From positions 137,084,001 to 137,148,000 of the forward strand of contig NW_024704742.1 of NCBI RefSeq assembly GCF_018977255.1: a stretch of DNA of 64,000 bases, in the 5' to 3' direction. Positions 60,860 to 64,000 of the stretch are shown here, one piece after another. Within the stretch, counting starts at the first letter, position 1. Each line of letters begins with the position of its first letter. The translations under genes were made by a program, and so were the position numbers. The stretch is from Callorhinchus milii. Its lineage: Eukaryota. A model generated the notes under the pieces. That model saw nothing but the letters and a program-made list of their open reading frames with translations, ran no database searches and was not told the DNA's origin.

Positions 60860-61160
60860 CGACAACAGGACGTCCCAAGGTGCTGAACAGACAGAGTTAC
60901 GGGCCCGAGCTGGGGGTCGGGGTGGGGGAGGGCGGGGGGGGGTGGGGGGAAGCAGGGAGATCGAAAGCAGAGTTGAAGAGGAGGGTCTTGAGATGGGTCT
61001 TGAAGGTGGCGAGGGAGGGGGTGAAGCGGAGGGACTGGGGGAAGGAGTTCCAGAGGATGGGGGCAGAGTAGCGGAAGACCCGCCCGCCAATGGTGGGGCA
61101 AGCGAGGCGGGGGACGTGAAGCAGGCCAGAGCCCACTGAGCGGAGGGAGCAAACAAGATG
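60860..61160 (-). mobile_element. L2 LINE 3' fragment
   Basis: LRSVGSGLLHVPRLACPTIGGRVFRYSAPILWNSFPQSLR..FKTHLKTLLF. Confidence 0.88.
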
Positions 61161-61324
61161 GTGTATGTATCTGTGTGTGTCACATACACATAACTCATTC
61201 ATACACACACACACAAATATATATATACTCACACATAGACAATACACACACACATACATCACACTCACATGCCCTCACACCCATGTTAACACATATACTC
61301 ACACACGCATTCACACTGACATAT

Positions 61325-61657
61325 ACATAATAATAATAATAATCCTTGCATTTGATATAGAGCGTCATCAGGTCTTCAAGACGTCTCAAAGCGCTTCACA
61401 GAATATACTGTAAAGTAAATTAATTGTATATTTCGTGGGTGAAATGCGGCGGCCAATTGCGAATTGGATTGAGTGACCAAATTATTATTATTATTTTTTG
61501 AAGGGATTATTACCTCTGGAAGAACGATCCGCCAATTGACTAAAACGCTGCTAGGTAAACAGAGGTGCGTAGAGTAAGGAAATTTGCCCAATGGGAATGG
61601 AACCCACTTCTCTCACTTGCGAGGCGAGTGCTCTAACCACTGGAGCTACAGGACTCC
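61325..61657 (-). mobile_element. SINE family A
   Basis: Tail and head present. Confidence 0.85.
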
Positions 61658-62329
61658 ACGCACAGAAATGTATACACACACAGTGTGTAAGTATATGTGT
61701 GTATGTGTGAATGAGTGTGTGTGTATGACTATATGTATATATATATATCTTACACATGCATATACATATTACATACACATATATTTGCACACTCACACAC
61801 ATACCCTCACACCCTATTCTCACACACCCACACACATATATACTCACACACATATACACTGACATACACACACACATACCCATATACTCACACATAGACA
61901 TATATACATACACAGAGTGTGTGAGTATATGTGTGTGTGAGTATATGTTTATATTTTAAAGTTACATGTTACACACATACCCTCACACCCATGTAATCAC
62001 ATACATATCCTCATACCCATGTAGTCACACACATATCCTCACACCCATGTACTCACACATACACACATACATACACTCATACACGGATATACTCTCACAC
62101 AAAGGCTCACACACATATAATCACATTCACATACACACTCACATACTTGAACACACATACACTCACACACAAACACTCACACTTATTCACATATACTCTC
62201 TCACACACACGTGCTTATATACGTACATACACACTCACACACATATACTCATATACTTACACACAGACACACTCACACTAATCCTCTGGATGTCTAAACA
62301 CAGTTAAACACTTGTGCTGAATACAATGA

Positions 62330-62431
62330 CGTAACTTCTATGTACAATTATCATTATCTTCCACATTTCAGTTGTTGGTCGGGGCAGTGTGGAAAACAAA
62401 CATGGGGTAACAGGACTTTGTGAACACCCTG
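62330..62431. mobile_element. Partial second copy of the Tc1/mariner MITE (right TIR only)
   Basis: tacaattatcattatcttccaca..ggggtaacaggactttgtgaacaccctg followed by TA. Confidence 0.75.
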
Positions 62432-62811
62432 TACATCCTGTTTCAGCCATCACTCCCACCCAGCCTTCCGCATCCTAACACCTCTGTGTATAACAATTCC
62501 TGCTAATCTCCCTTTGCTCCTTTGCTAATTATCTTAAACCGATGCCCTCCAGTCACTGACTCGTCACTGACTCACCGACCAGTGCAAATCATTCTCCCCA
62601 TCGACTCCATCATAATCCCTCATCACTTAAAGCCCTCGATCAGGTCTCGCACCCCCCTCCCCCTGCGCCCTCCGCCCCCCCCACCAGTGACAATAAACCC
62701 AGTCTGACCTTGCACAGCCCGCAGCGCTGGCCATTTTGGTAGTGAGCTTCACTATCAATGTGATTTGATAATAATAATAATAATCCTTACATAATCCTGC
62801 CTCTCTGCCCT

Positions 62812-62906
62812 CCCTCACCCCAACCCTGCTCCCCCTCACCCCAACCCTGCTCCCCCTCACCCCAACCCTGCTCCCCCTCACCCCAACCCTGCTCCCCCTC
62901 ACCCCA
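62812..62906. repeat. 21-bp minisatellite inside an L2 3'UTR (L2 tail runs to ~63010)
   Basis: (ccctcaccccaaccctgctcc) about 4.5 copies. Confidence 0.9.
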
Positions 62907-63014
62907 TCCCTTCTCCCCCTCACGCTCGGGTCCTGATCCCCGACTGTCCAGCGCCTTGGGACATCCTCCCGACGTGAAAGGCGCTTTATCAATGTAATTT
63001 TGTTGTTGTGTCAA

Positions 63015-63317
63015 ATTGCTTCACAGTATACACTGTAAAGTGAATTGACTGTATATTTTTGTGGCTGAAACGCACGGAGCGTCCCGCAAAGAGTCGTAGA
63101 GTGAGTGACCAAATATTTATTTATTATTTATTTTTGAAGGGATTATTACCCCCGGAAAAGCGATCCGCCCATCGACTAACAACTGATCACTTACTGCAAG
63201 GTAAACAGAGGCTTGTGCAGTAAGGAAACTTGCCTAATGTTTCGCGCCGCCCAGGAATCGAACCCAGATCCTCTCGCTTGTGAGATGAGTGTTCTAAACA
63301 CTGAGCTACAGGACTCC
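63015..63317 (-). mobile_element. SINE family A
   Basis: Body and head on minus strand. Confidence 0.85.
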
Positions 63318-63569
63318 GCAGGATGTGCTGTAAAGTAAATTAACTCTATTCTGATCAGCCCTCAGTCTCTTCCCACGAAATCTCCTCACACCCTCTCTGT
63401 GTGGTTCTCGAGTCCTTCTCTAAAGAAAGGAAACAAAATCTGGACACTAGACTCTCACTGATGACTTATACAGTTTAAGCAACATCTGGTTATGTCCTGG
63501 GCTCCTCTTTATAATACCTAGGATCCCATTGGCTTTCTTCACAACTTGACTTACCTATGAAGGTTATGT

Positions 63570-63932
63570 AGAGTCCCGTAGTGTAGTAGATAACGCCCTC
63601 TCCTCGCAAGTGAGAGGACCCAGGTTTGACTTCCGGGCGGGACAAGCCCTTAGGCATCTTTACTTACTCCACATACCTGTTTATCTACCTGGTGGGACCT
63701 TGATAGTTATTCAATTGGCGGATCGCTTTCCAGGGATATTAATCTCTCCAACAAAAATAAACATTTGGTCATTCAATCCATGACTGTTTGTGGGACACAA
63801 ACAGAGTTTGTGTGCAATTGGCCCCCGTGTTTCACCCACAAAATACACAGTCACTACACTTTACAGCATATCCGTCTCGATGTGTGATAAGGCACTGTAT
63901 CAAAATGCAATGTAATAATTATTATTATTATT
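63570..63932 (+). mobile_element. SINE family A, full length, diverged
   Basis: gagtcccgtagtgtagtag..tcgcaagtgagaggaccc..tail. Confidence 0.82.
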
Positions 63933-64000
63933 CGGATAATATCTGACTTATGCTCTGGCTTCACTTTCTCGATGCCGATTAAAATCGACTTCCGTGAGGT

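Larger units (their letters stand above)
59846..62280. repeat. CA-rich microsatellite region with embedded L2 fragments and a SINE
   Basis: (acacatatactc)n tracts. Confidence 0.85.

Overview
Vertebrate, repeat-dense non-coding DNA, most likely a large intron or gene desert. The repeat content points to a cartilaginous fish (possibly a chimaera): Deu-domain tRNA SINEs of the shark SacSINE1 type, plus L2 and CR1 LINE 3' ends. This taxon call is an inference from repeats only. I find no confident host protein-coding gene, true tRNA/rRNA gene or CRISPR array. The window holds about 50 copies or fragments of two tRNA-headed SINE families (called A and B here) that share a Deu-like domain and an L2-type tail. 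It also has one decayed L2 reverse-transcriptase remnant (12.3-13.7 kb), many L2/CR1 3' fragments, a Tc1/mariner-type MITE, an unclassified ~420-bp dispersed repeat (family U), mini/microsatellites, and unique TAAT-rich islands that look like conserved non-coding elements. The most notable observations: a ~465-bp element with ~75-bp inverted arms enclosing a Kozak-ATG ORF and a splice donor (54.1-54.6 kb); a locally clustered young SINE subfamily forming inverted pairs and sharing a 3' flank; double-tailed inverted L2 structures; an unexplained module 5' of SINE heads; minisatellites seeded from retroposon sequence; and two weak candidate micro-exons. I cannot support a new multi-gene biological system here. 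Repeat coordinates are approximate and read by eye.
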